Below, piece by piece: positions 31,916-40,404 of a stretch of DNA of 64,000 nt. The position numbers and the translations under genes were made by a program. The notes under the pieces were generated by a model that made no database searches, was not told the DNA's origin, and saw nothing but the letters and a program-made list of their open reading frames with translations. The DNA comes from a virus. The stretch lies in IMG/VR virus record IMGVR_UViG_3300042484_000873, positions 25,585 through 89,584 of that record, one strand, 5' to 3'. Position 1 is the stretch's first letter, and every line of letters begins with the position of its first letter.

Positions 31916-32578
31916 TTAATTTAAAGGTTTTTGTAAAATAATTAAAGTTTCGGTTAACGACATTTTTGTCCAGCCTTGCTGTATAAGATTGTTAAATTCA
32001 TTTACAACATCAGGAAACAACTCTAAATTATAATCGTGTCCTACTATATATCCGCCTGGCTTAATATGTCCACCCCAAAAATTAATATTTGTAAGTAGAA
32101 AAGGATTGGTATGTAGTGCATCTTCAAAAAACACATCAATGGATTGATTCCAATTTAAAAAATCAACAGGTGATGTTCCTGAATGTACACTAATATTAGA
32201 ATATTTACTAGTCACGTATCTTAATGCCGCCTCGCTAGAAGGGTCACTTATAAAACAATTATTAATATCTGTTGCTAAATCTAATCGATCCTCATTTGGT
32301 ATATCATGTATATTATACCAGTTATTTGTCATTTGACTTATGTAGGATCTTTGTAATTCCCATTGAATAATATTATCAGGGTGATGCATATCTATACAAT
32401 GTACCGCAATAGTGGGATTCACTGACGCCATCAAACAAGCTGACCCTCCAATATGTGACCCCACTTCAACTATAATACTATTATTATCTAATGTAGATAT
32501 TAAATTATATAATACAGTTCTTTCATCGGAAGACATTAACGCTAGGTTACTTTCAATTGGCATCAATGATTCAATCAT
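31916..32578 (-). CDS. Class I SAM-dependent methyltransferase (Methyltransf_24-like)
   Basis: IVEVGSHIGGS, CID, IDVFFEDALH, KPGGYIVGHDY. Confidence 0.8.
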   Translation of the reverse strand: MIESLMPIESNLALMSSDERTVLYNLISTLDNNSIIVEVGSHIGGSACLMASVNPTIAVHCIDMHHPDNIIQWELQRSYISQMTNNWYNIHDIPNEDRLDLATDINNCFISDPSSEAALRYVTSKYSNISVHSGTSPVDFLNWNQSIDVFFEDALHTNPFLLTNINFWGGHIKPGGYIVGHDYNLELFPDVVNEFNNLIQQGWTKMSLTETLIILQKPLN

Positions 32579-33624
32579 TATTTTCTATCTCCAAATAAGA
32601 TGTAATCTTCTTTAGTATAGCCTTCCATTACTTCACTACCTGAACCCATGTCAGGAGTACTAGTTTTGTTATTCAAATCACCGCGAATAGGAACGACAGC
32701 CCAAGTACAATAATCTGCAAAATGAGGTAATGCTTTTAGTTCTTCTTCCAAACTTAATGTCTCATCACGGTTGTGCGGCGCCATCATAAACTTAACTTCT
32801 AAATGACCACAATCACCGTGCTCTGCTTTTTCTTTTGCAATAGCTTCAACTACTTTAACAAACTTCTTACGGTCATAGAACTCATAATGAACACTTAAAT
32901 TCAAGTCACCATAATGAATAACTTCTTTGTAATAGTCAGGTAAACGACTACCATTACTGTGCAGACTAACATGATGCCCACATGCGTTTAAATAACGTAA
33001 CCAATCTAAGAAATCTTTGTTAACAGTTGGCTCACCGCCGCTGATAATAAAATTAACACTCTCACCTTTGGTGAACTTAGTTTCAATCAAATGAGTAGCT
33101 CTCATTAAATCTTCTAAGGGCTTATGGGGGTCAGTATTATTATGAATCCAGGGCCAGCAATAACTACAATCGTAGTTACATCTACGACCTATTTCCCAGT
33201 ATATTTGTTTTTGTGTGCTAGCATGAGTGCGCTCCATACCAACAAATTCTGTCAATTCATCATTTCGTAATTCGTGCTGGGCAGGTAAATCTTGACCTTT
33301 ACGTAGTAATGGCTTATATTCTAATTTACTGGTTTTGGGAATGAACAAATCAGCACCGCAACTACATACATTTTTAGTACAATTAATCCAATCTTCAGGT
33401 ACACTAAAGTCATCCCAAACACTGCCCAACTTACCGCCCACTCTACAGCTAGCGGTCCAAACACCACCGTCCATATCGATGAATAAGCTATCGACTCCGG
33501 CGCCACATTTCCAATCAGTTAAGTAGTTTAATTTTGCTCCAACTAGTTCGTCAGTTGACCAGTCTCTCCATGATCCGTTTATGCCATATGTTCTTATGGG
33601 CTTTCCAGGGGTTATATCCATCAC
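32578..33624 (-). CDS. Radical SAM protein, domain-permuted (SPASM-like domain first)
   Basis: N-terminal WKCGAG...SC...CTKNVCSC, then CNYDCSYC, SGGEPT, SNGSR; true start may be the ATG at 33621. Confidence 0.87.
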   Translation of the reverse strand: MMDITPGKPIRTYGINGSWRDWSTDELVGAKLNYLTDWKCGAGVDSLFIDMDGGVWTASCRVGGKLGSVWDDFSVPEDWINCTKNVCSCGADLFIPKTSKLEYKPLLRKGQDLPAQHELRNDELTEFVGMERTHASTQKQIYWEIGRRCNYDCSYCWPWIHNNTDPHKPLEDLMRATHLIETKFTKGESVNFIISGGEPTVNKDFLDWLRYLNACGHHVSLHSNGSRLPDYYKEVIHYGDLNLSVHYEFYDRKKFVKVVEAIAKEKAEHGDCGHLEVKFMMAPHNRDETLSLEEELKALPHFADYCTWAVVPIRGDLNNKTSTPDMGSGSEVMEGYTKEDYILFGDRK

Positions 33625-33639
33625 AAATCCTTTATATGA

Positions 33640-33704
33640 TATTTATCAGGATCTATTTTCAGGCATAAATTAATAATTTTTACAAAGGATAGGATTACTA
33701 AATA
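33640..33704. promoter_or_regulatory. Divergent pair of late promoter cores
   Basis: TATTTA at 33640-33645 (TAAATA on the minus strand) and TAAATA at 33699-33704, 5 nt before the ATG at 33710. Confidence 0.55.
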
Positions 33705-33709
33705 TAAGC

Positions 33710-35053
33710 ATGATAAACAACGAAGATACCGTATGCCACTTGCGTTGGGGATATCCCAACTTTAGTCTCTCCCGCAATGAAATTCGCACCTGCTGCAAGA
33801 CACCATTTCAAACCATCAATGATGGTATGATGGACAAGTACGGTACAGATATTTTTCTGAACACTGATTATCAGAAAAAAAGAAGAATGGAAATGCTTCA
33901 GGGAGTTAAACATAGTGACTGCAAAAGTTGCTGGAGTTTAGAAGAAGCCGGAGCAAAAAGTTTGCGTGGTAACAACCCATACGGGTTTATAGATTATGCC
34001 AACAGACATCAGATGTTTCAGGAATTTACGCTTCCTACGCTAGTAGAGATAGCTAATCAAGTTACAATAGACAGTAAAATACTAGAAAGCAATAATCCAT
34101 TCATGCTTGAGGTAAGTCTAGGTAATACATGTGATATGAAGTGTATGTACTGTAATCATGTATATAGTAGCCAGTGGGCATCAGAAAGTTTAAAGAACAA
34201 TACCATCAACATAGAAATCTATAAACAAGTACAAACAAATCCCAATGAAAGATTCATTAATTTGTTTTGGAATTGGGTAGATACAAAAGCAAAACATTCA
34301 TTAGACAGAATTGGTATCATCGGCGGTGAACCATTGATTACTCCTGAGTTCTATGATTTCTTAGATAAGCTAATAGAAGTCTATGCTGATAAAGAAGGTT
34401 CTAAAACTAGAATCTGGGTAGTTACTAATTTAAATGCCACAGACAATTACTATAACAAGTTTTTAGAATACATTCCTAAACTATCAGATAAATTCATATT
34501 AGAAGTTCACATCAGTATGGAAGCATTGAGTGACCAAGCTGAATATATTCGCAATGGACTTGAGTGGAGTCGATTTGAAAGTAATGTAAATAAAATATTT
34601 GCTAGTGATGCTGACATTGAATTAGCATTTTTACCAAGTGTCACTGCGTTGGCTATACCAAGATTTCCTAAGTTTCTCAAATGGGTCTATGATTTATCTA
34701 AGACACATGACAAGGCAGTCATGCTTAAACAAAACATAGTGACACATCCCGATGTTCAATCACCGTTTATATTGCCTCCAGAATTTGCTGACTACTTAGA
34801 TCCTGCGATTGATTGGATGCAAAGTATATCAGTAGATATGCCAGATGTTAGTGACAAATTTGGCACATGGCCCGGCTATACTGATTTTTTAATTAAACTA
34901 CGTGATGGTATTAGATTCAACAAGAATGACAACACTATGCTTAAACAAAGATTTGCTACATGGTTTGATGACTTTGATAAAAAAAGAAATTTGAATTTTG
35001 TTAACACGTTCCCTGAACTAGCAAAATTCTACGATGAATGTAAAACACAATAA
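33710..35053 (+). CDS. Radical SAM protein with N-terminal Twitch domain (paralog of 17546)
   Basis: DTVC...TCC...CKSCW; CDMKCMYC; GGEP. Confidence 0.88.
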   Translation: MINNEDTVCHLRWGYPNFSLSRNEIRTCCKTPFQTINDGMMDKYGTDIFLNTDYQKKRRMEMLQGVKHSDCKSCWSLEEAGAKSLRGNNPYGFIDYANRHQMFQEFTLPTLVEIANQVTIDSKILESNNPFMLEVSLGNTCDMKCMYCNHVYSSQWASESLKNNTINIEIYKQVQTNPNERFINLFWNWVDTKAKHSLDRIGIIGGEPLITPEFYDFLDKLIEVYADKEGSKTRIWVVTNLNATDNYYNKFLEYIPKLSDKFILEVHISMEALSDQAEYIRNGLEWSRFESNVNKIFASDADIELAFLPSVTALAIPRFPKFLKWVYDLSKTHDKAVMLKQNIVTHPDVQSPFILPPEFADYLDPAIDWMQSISVDMPDVSDKFGTWPGYTDFLIKLRDGIRFNKNDNTMLKQRFATWFDDFDKKRNLNFVNTFPELAKFYDECKTQ

Positions 35054-35062
35054 GGAGTTAGT

Positions 35063-35164
35063 ATGAAATGGATTAAAAATTTAATAGATAAAATTCGAAT
35101 GGAAATTTACTATCGAAAACGTCTTAAAGAACTTAAAAAACGAGACCCATTCATCTACAAATAA
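35063..35164 (+). CDS. 33-aa basic peptide preceding the carbamoyltransferase, not in the ORF track
   Basis: TAAGGAG RBS; MKWIKNLIDKIRMEIYYRKRLKELKKRDPFIYK*; fills the gap exactly. Confidence 0.75.
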   Translation: MKWIKNLIDKIRMEIYYRKRLKELKKRDPFIYK

Positions 35165-35166
35165 GC

Positions 35167-36666
35167 ATGAACTATATTGGAATATCATGCGGCTTCCATG
35201 ATGCCGCAGTAAGTGTTATAGATGACAACGGTAACATTTTGTTTGCGGGTCACAGTGAACGATACAGTAAAAACAAACATGATTCACACCTATGTCTCCC
35301 TTTAATCACTGATGCCAAATCATACATGGATAGTGATGAATATCAAGTTCACTACTATGAAAGACCTTGGGTTAAGTATTTAAGACAACTGCGTTCCGGA
35401 GAACCACGCTCATTGCGTAACTTATCAGCTAAGAATGTGATAGGGTCATCTATAGTTAAGCATCAGCTAGATAACAAAACTATACACACTCACAATCATC
35501 ATTTAAGTCATGCTGCCGCAGGCTTTCAGACAAGTCCCTACGATGATGCTACTGTAGTTGTTATTGACGCTATTGGCGAGTTTGATACTATAAGCATTTA
35601 CAACGCATGGTATGATAAGAATGGCAAAGCACAGTATAAGAAGTTATGGGGGCAACATTATCCGCATAGTATAGGATTATTCTATAGTGCTATGACACAA
35701 CGTGTAGGACTACGCCCATTAGACGAAGAATATATTCTCATGGGTATGGCAGCTTATGGTAAACCAAACTTAAAAAAAGAATTAAAAGAAATGTCTGACA
35801 CATTAGTAAAATCATACAAAGACATTACTTTCAAACATAACTTGCACATGGGTGTAACTGATACTTTCTTAGAAGGTGCAGATGACATGGATATCGCATG
35901 TAGCGCACAACTAATTGCTGAACAGTTAATTACTAATGTTATCAGTAAAGCAAAAATGTTGGGTGGTAGTAAGAATCTTGTATATAGTGGCGGCGTAGCA
36001 TTAAATTGTTTAGCAAATAGATTATTAGGAAATTTTTATGAAAACATTTGGATTATGCCTAATCCTGGCGATGCTGGTTCTAGTCTTGGAGCGGCCTGTC
36101 TTGGCTATAGTAAACGTGTTAATTGGACTAACGCTTTTCTCGGCTATGACATTAGTGGGCCTTATCCTACTAATCGTATACTTGATAGCCTACTCACTGA
36201 TAAAATTGTGGGAGTCGCTAACGGACGAGCAGAGTTTGGCCCAAGGGCCTTGGGAAATAGAAGCTTACTTGCAGACCCTAGAGGAACAGAAATCAAGGAC
36301 GCAGTAAATGAAATCAAACGAAGACAAAAATTTAGACCTTTTGCGCCAGTCATTTTGGAGGAATATGCTGATACTTATTTTGATATGCCTCGTGGTTTCA
36401 ATAATAGTAGGTATATGCAGTCAATCGCCCGTTGTAGGGTTCCTGACTTATTTCCTGCTATCGTTCACCACGACGGCACTAGTCGTGTCCAGACTGTCCC
36501 AAAAGATGGAAGTGGAATACGAGAACTCCTTGAAAAATGGTACGTCTTGACTGGTTGTCCAATGTTATTGAACACATCATTGAACATCAGGGGCGAGCCA
36601 ATGGTAAATGACCAAAAAGATGCGGATCGTTTTGAATTAATGTATAATGTTAAAGTTATATCATAA
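35167..36666 (+). CDS. O-carbamoyltransferase (NodU/CmcH/TobZ family)
   Basis: HDAAV, ERYS..KHD, HHLSHAA, GGVALN, EFGPRALGNRS, FRPFAP, LNTSLN. Confidence 0.93.
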   Translation: MNYIGISCGFHDAAVSVIDDNGNILFAGHSERYSKNKHDSHLCLPLITDAKSYMDSDEYQVHYYERPWVKYLRQLRSGEPRSLRNLSAKNVIGSSIVKHQLDNKTIHTHNHHLSHAAAGFQTSPYDDATVVVIDAIGEFDTISIYNAWYDKNGKAQYKKLWGQHYPHSIGLFYSAMTQRVGLRPLDEEYILMGMAAYGKPNLKKELKEMSDTLVKSYKDITFKHNLHMGVTDTFLEGADDMDIACSAQLIAEQLITNVISKAKMLGGSKNLVYSGGVALNCLANRLLGNFYENIWIMPNPGDAGSSLGAACLGYSKRVNWTNAFLGYDISGPYPTNRILDSLLTDKIVGVANGRAEFGPRALGNRSLLADPRGTEIKDAVNEIKRRQKFRPFAPVILEEYADTYFDMPRGFNNSRYMQSIARCRVPDLFPAIVHHDGTSRVQTVPKDGSGIRELLEKWYVLTGCPMLLNTSLNIRGEPMVNDQKDADRFELMYNVKVIS

Positions 36667-36676
36667 GTAAGTATCT

Positions 36677-39600
36677 ATGTTAAGAGATGTATTTTATTAC
36701 GGTAAAAAACCGAATGCCCACCCAAGAGAACAACACGCAATTGATTTAGCTGATGCTAGACAACAATCTACCACAGAACATTTTTGGATAATTAACGAAC
36801 TATGTGATTATCGAAATTTTGACTGGGACTTTGATTTTGATTTCTTGCCTGACGAAGATGTGTGGGCACAAGAGCATAACAATGTATGGCCTAGTCAGCA
36901 TCAAAAAGATAGCGGCACCTGGTTATGTAACACGGATAATACACACGCATTAACAATCTACCGCAATGATGTAGAACCGGTGATTCGCCGTAGAGAAAAA
37001 TCAGACGCTTGGATATTAGTTGACTTGATTGATGAAACTAAGTTTGATTTATCATGGCATCCAGACCCAACGGATCCCCCATTCATTTACAAATGGGGTA
37101 GTAAGTTTATACCAGCACAAGTTCAAGCCTGCTTAGAATATCATACTCCTAAGGCTACTCAAGTTAAGTACATGGATCAGAATATTGAACTATTACCTAA
37201 CATTGAATGCTGGAAAGAATATTATTCAATTGATAAAACTACATTTGACATGAGTTGGAGACCAGATCCAACAAGCCCTCCCTACATATATGTATGGGGT
37301 AACAAGTATATTCCCGGTGAATTAGAAGCAACTATTGAGTATCATTGTCCCGGTGCAACAGAACGCAAGTATGTGGATACTCTTGTTGACGTATTACCGC
37401 AGCAAGAACGATGGAATATAGTACAACAACCAAAATACTTTGATTACAGTTGGAGACCTGATCCACGTGAACCGGCATACATCTATGTATGGGGTAATAA
37501 ACACATTGCCGGAGAACTAAAGTCCACGATTGAATATCACTGCCCCGGTGCAACAGAACGCAAATACATGGGTGACATTGAAGTAGAACCTGAAATGGAT
37601 CGATGGAAAGTAATACAGGACATTGACAAAACTAAGTTTGACATGAGTTGGAGACCGGATCCGCGTGAACCGGCATACATCTATGTATGGGGTAACAAAT
37701 ATGACCCTGCTGAAGTTAAGCCTACTTTAGAATATACAGTACCGGGTGCTACTGATAAAAAGTACATGGGTATTGTAGATTTAGAACCAGAGTGGGATAG
37801 ATGGAAAGAACATATACTTGTAGATAGAAACTCATTTGATTTTAGTTGGAGACCAGACCCCAACTTACATGAACTACCTTATATCTATGTATGGGGTAAT
37901 AAATTTCACCCAGCTGAAGAAAAACCCACTGTTGAATATCACGTGCCGGGTGCTACTGAGTACAAGTACATGGGTATTGTTGATTTAGAACCTGAATGGG
38001 ATAGATGGAATATAGTTATTCCTATTGATATGAATAGTTTTGATTTTAGATGGAGACCTGATCCTAATCTATATGAACCACCGATGATATATGTTTTTGG
38101 TAACAAGTGGAATGATAGTGCGACTGAACCAACAATAGAGTATATTGTTCCCGGCGCCACTGTTAAAAAATATATGGACTATCCTCTTGCTATACCTAAG
38201 ATTGATATGTCACTATGGACAGTAAGCAACAACGATGACTTAGAAACATTTGACTTTAGTTGGAGACCTAATCCACATAGTCCACCTCAAATATATCAGT
38301 GGGCTGATAATGGTCCTCGCTATACTGTACCTGATGCGACAGAAGTAGTATTGATGGAACGTATTGAAAATACACAGAAATCAGAAGTTAATCGTTATAA
38401 AATTAAAACAACATTAGAAGAATTGATATTAGAACACCAAGATGAAGTGTTCTGGGCTATTAATCCTGACTTAAGTTATAGTAGATTTGATTTCAACTGG
38501 AGACCAAATGAAGAAAACTTTAGACACATAAATGTATTTGGTAACGAATATAGTAAGAACACACAAACTTACTATGTTAACGCACCATTGTACATGATGG
38601 GTCATAGAGAGTTTAACTATGTTGAGGATCAAAAAGTTGAAGTTGATAGTAACTTGAGCATGTTCTTTGTTGATAAGAGCAATGTAGAAAGCAAATATCG
38701 TTTTGAAGAACTACAAAAGCGTTATCCCAAGATCCAAAAGACAAGATACTTGAACAGTTGGGTTGACACTATCAATCGTTGTATCAATAAATCTGAGACA
38801 GAATTGTGTTGGATATTGAACAGCGAGCTAGATTACACTGGCTTTACATTTGATTATTATCCTAGCCCATGGCAACAGAAAATGGTTCATGTGTTTGGCA
38901 CACAATGGAGTCACTGGGGAACTACATTCATGGTTAACAAAGAATCATTCCCTGAAGATACAAAGTATGTAAAAATTATAGAACACTTGAATAACCTCAA
39001 TTTTGTCAAAACAAAACGAGCATTCGCAAGCAATTGTATATATGATGTGTACTTGATTGACTACGGTAACGACAGCACAGCTAACATTACTTCATTAATT
39101 GAAAACAAAACAAAGAAGAATGTCTACACCATTGAGTATGCTGGAGATTATTTGTCTACATTGAAAAATATGTTGTATGAGTTAGGTATCAAAAAGGATC
39201 ACTATATCTGGGTATGTAGTTCTATTTGTGACTACACTAATTTTGACTTCACTTACATATGTGACCCCTTCTCATTAGAACAATTACATGTATTCCCCAG
39301 TGATAAACAAAAATACGGAGACACATTCTTTGTAAATGTAAATCGATTACGTACATTGGTTGAAGATTTAGATACATTAGAAAATATCGATAAGATTAAC
39401 TTTAATCAACATCAGCAAGTAAAACGTTTACCTGCTCCTAGCTTTATAATTGAAAGTGATACACATGTCTCTGTTACTAATACTGATTTTGATTGGCCTT
39501 ATGCTACGTTTGTTACGGCTGACAACAAAGAAATAAAAGTTGTTGACAATGAACCAATTAGCTTATGGTCAAAAGAATCTAAGAACATATTAATTACTAG

Positions 39601-40381
39601 CACCGGCGGAACACATATTATTGTTCCAAAAGAAGCTAAAGAGTATGTTAAAAATGAATTGTATGATTACCCATACATTGCTAAATCTAACAAACTAGCA
39701 ACATCCCAGCCACTGGATATAGTCTTCCTAAGCAACGGCGAAACCGATGCCGACGAGAATTATGAACATTTACTGAACGTGACTAGGGGATTACCTAATA
39801 GAGTTGTTAGAGTTGATGGTATCAATGGTCGTGTACAAGCCTATCATGCCGCAGCAAAAGCAAGTAACACACCCTGGATGTTTACCGTGTTTGCTAAGTT
39901 GCGTATCAACAGTAAGTTTGATTTCTCATGGCAACCAGACAGACTGCAAGTTCCTAAGCATTACATTTTCTACGCAAGTAACCCAGTCAATGGTTTAGTA
40001 TATGGTCACCAGGCTATGATTGCGTACAATAAACAGATTACATTAGGTAACATAGGTAAAGGTCTTGACTTTACATTGGATAGCGAACACGAAGTTGTTG
40101 AATTGAATAGTGGTGTAGCAAGATACAACACTGATGAATTTAGCACATGGCGTACTAGCTTCCGTGAAGTAATTAAGTTAAGACTAGATGATAGCCCGGT
40201 AAGCAAAGAAAGATTGAAAACGTGGTCGACCGTGGGTGTAGGTGACTTTGCTCAATATAGCATTCAGGGTGCCAAAGATGCTGTAGAATACTATGTCGAA
40301 GTTAACGGTGACATGGATAAACTTAAATTAAGTTATGAATGGTCATGGCTCAAAGATAAATTTTTATCCTCGACTAAATAA
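36677..40381 (+). CDS. Large repeat protein built of GT-A-like modules
   Basis: 1234 aa with tandem FD.SWRPDP...YIYVWGNK...EY..PGAT..KY repeats; C-terminal domain homologous to 15652 (DIVFLS..E...RVDG..G..AYHAAA...WRTSFRE). Confidence 0.7.
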   Translation: MLRDVFYYGKKPNAHPREQHAIDLADARQQSTTEHFWIINELCDYRNFDWDFDFDFLPDEDVWAQEHNNVWPSQHQKDSGTWLCNTDNTHALTIYRNDVEPVIRRREKSDAWILVDLIDETKFDLSWHPDPTDPPFIYKWGSKFIPAQVQACLEYHTPKATQVKYMDQNIELLPNIECWKEYYSIDKTTFDMSWRPDPTSPPYIYVWGNKYIPGELEATIEYHCPGATERKYVDTLVDVLPQQERWNIVQQPKYFDYSWRPDPREPAYIYVWGNKHIAGELKSTIEYHCPGATERKYMGDIEVEPEMDRWKVIQDIDKTKFDMSWRPDPREPAYIYVWGNKYDPAEVKPTLEYTVPGATDKKYMGIVDLEPEWDRWKEHILVDRNSFDFSWRPDPNLHELPYIYVWGNKFHPAEEKPTVEYHVPGATEYKYMGIVDLEPEWDRWNIVIPIDMNSFDFRWRPDPNLYEPPMIYVFGNKWNDSATEPTIEYIVPGATVKKYMDYPLAIPKIDMSLWTVSNNDDLETFDFSWRPNPHSPPQIYQWADNGPRYTVPDATEVVLMERIENTQKSEVNRYKIKTTLEELILEHQDEVFWAINPDLSYSRFDFNWRPNEENFRHINVFGNEYSKNTQTYYVNAPLYMMGHREFNYVEDQKVEVDSNLSMFFVDKSNVESKYRFEELQKRYPKIQKTRYLNSWVDTINRCINKSETELCWILNSELDYTGFTFDYYPSPWQQKMVHVFGTQWSHWGTTFMVNKESFPEDTKYVKIIEHLNNLNFVKTKRAFASNCIYDVYLIDYGNDSTANITSLIENKTKKNVYTIEYAGDYLSTLKNMLYELGIKKDHYIWVCSSICDYTNFDFTYICDPFSLEQLHVFPSDKQKYGDTFFVNVNRLRTLVEDLDTLENIDKINFNQHQQVKRLPAPSFIIESDTHVSVTNTDFDWPYATFVTADNKEIKVVDNEPISLWSKESKNILITSTGGTHIIVPKEAKEYVKNELYDYPYIAKSNKLATSQPLDIVFLSNGETDADENYEHLLNVTRGLPNRVVRVDGINGRVQAYHAAAKASNTPWMFTVFAKLRINSKFDFSWQPDRLQVPKHYIFYASNPVNGLVYGHQAMIAYNKQITLGNIGKGLDFTLDSEHEVVELNSGVARYNTDEFSTWRTSFREVIKLRLDDSPVSKERLKTWSTVGVGDFAQYSIQGAKDAVEYYVEVNGDMDKLKLSYEWSWLKDKFLSSTK
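37000..38340 (+). repeat. Intragenic tandem repeats, ~190-205 nt period, about 7 units
   Basis: Near-identical DNA blocks, e.g. gtgaaccggcatacatctatgtatggggtaa (twice) and aagtacatgggtattgt.gatttagaacc.ga.tgggatagatggaa (twice). Confidence 0.85.
40375..40380 (+). promoter_or_regulatory. Late promoter core TAAATA
   Basis: cTAAATA upstream of the AGGAG RBS of the lipoprotein gene. Confidence 0.4.
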
Positions 40382-40404
40382 TTACATCTACTCAGGAGAA
40401 ACGT

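Noticed and set aside
16605-35053. Radical SAM cluster as a classic RiPP (sactipeptide/ranthipeptide) or cofactor pathway
   Set aside because: No evident leader/core precursor, RRE/PqqD domain, peptidase or exporter, and no Moco, heme or queuosine partner genes; not fully excluded
37000-38340. Repeats as a CRISPR array or DGR template/variable pair
   Set aside because: In-frame coding repeats of ~200 nt with mostly synonymous differences; no unique spacers, cas genes or reverse transcriptase
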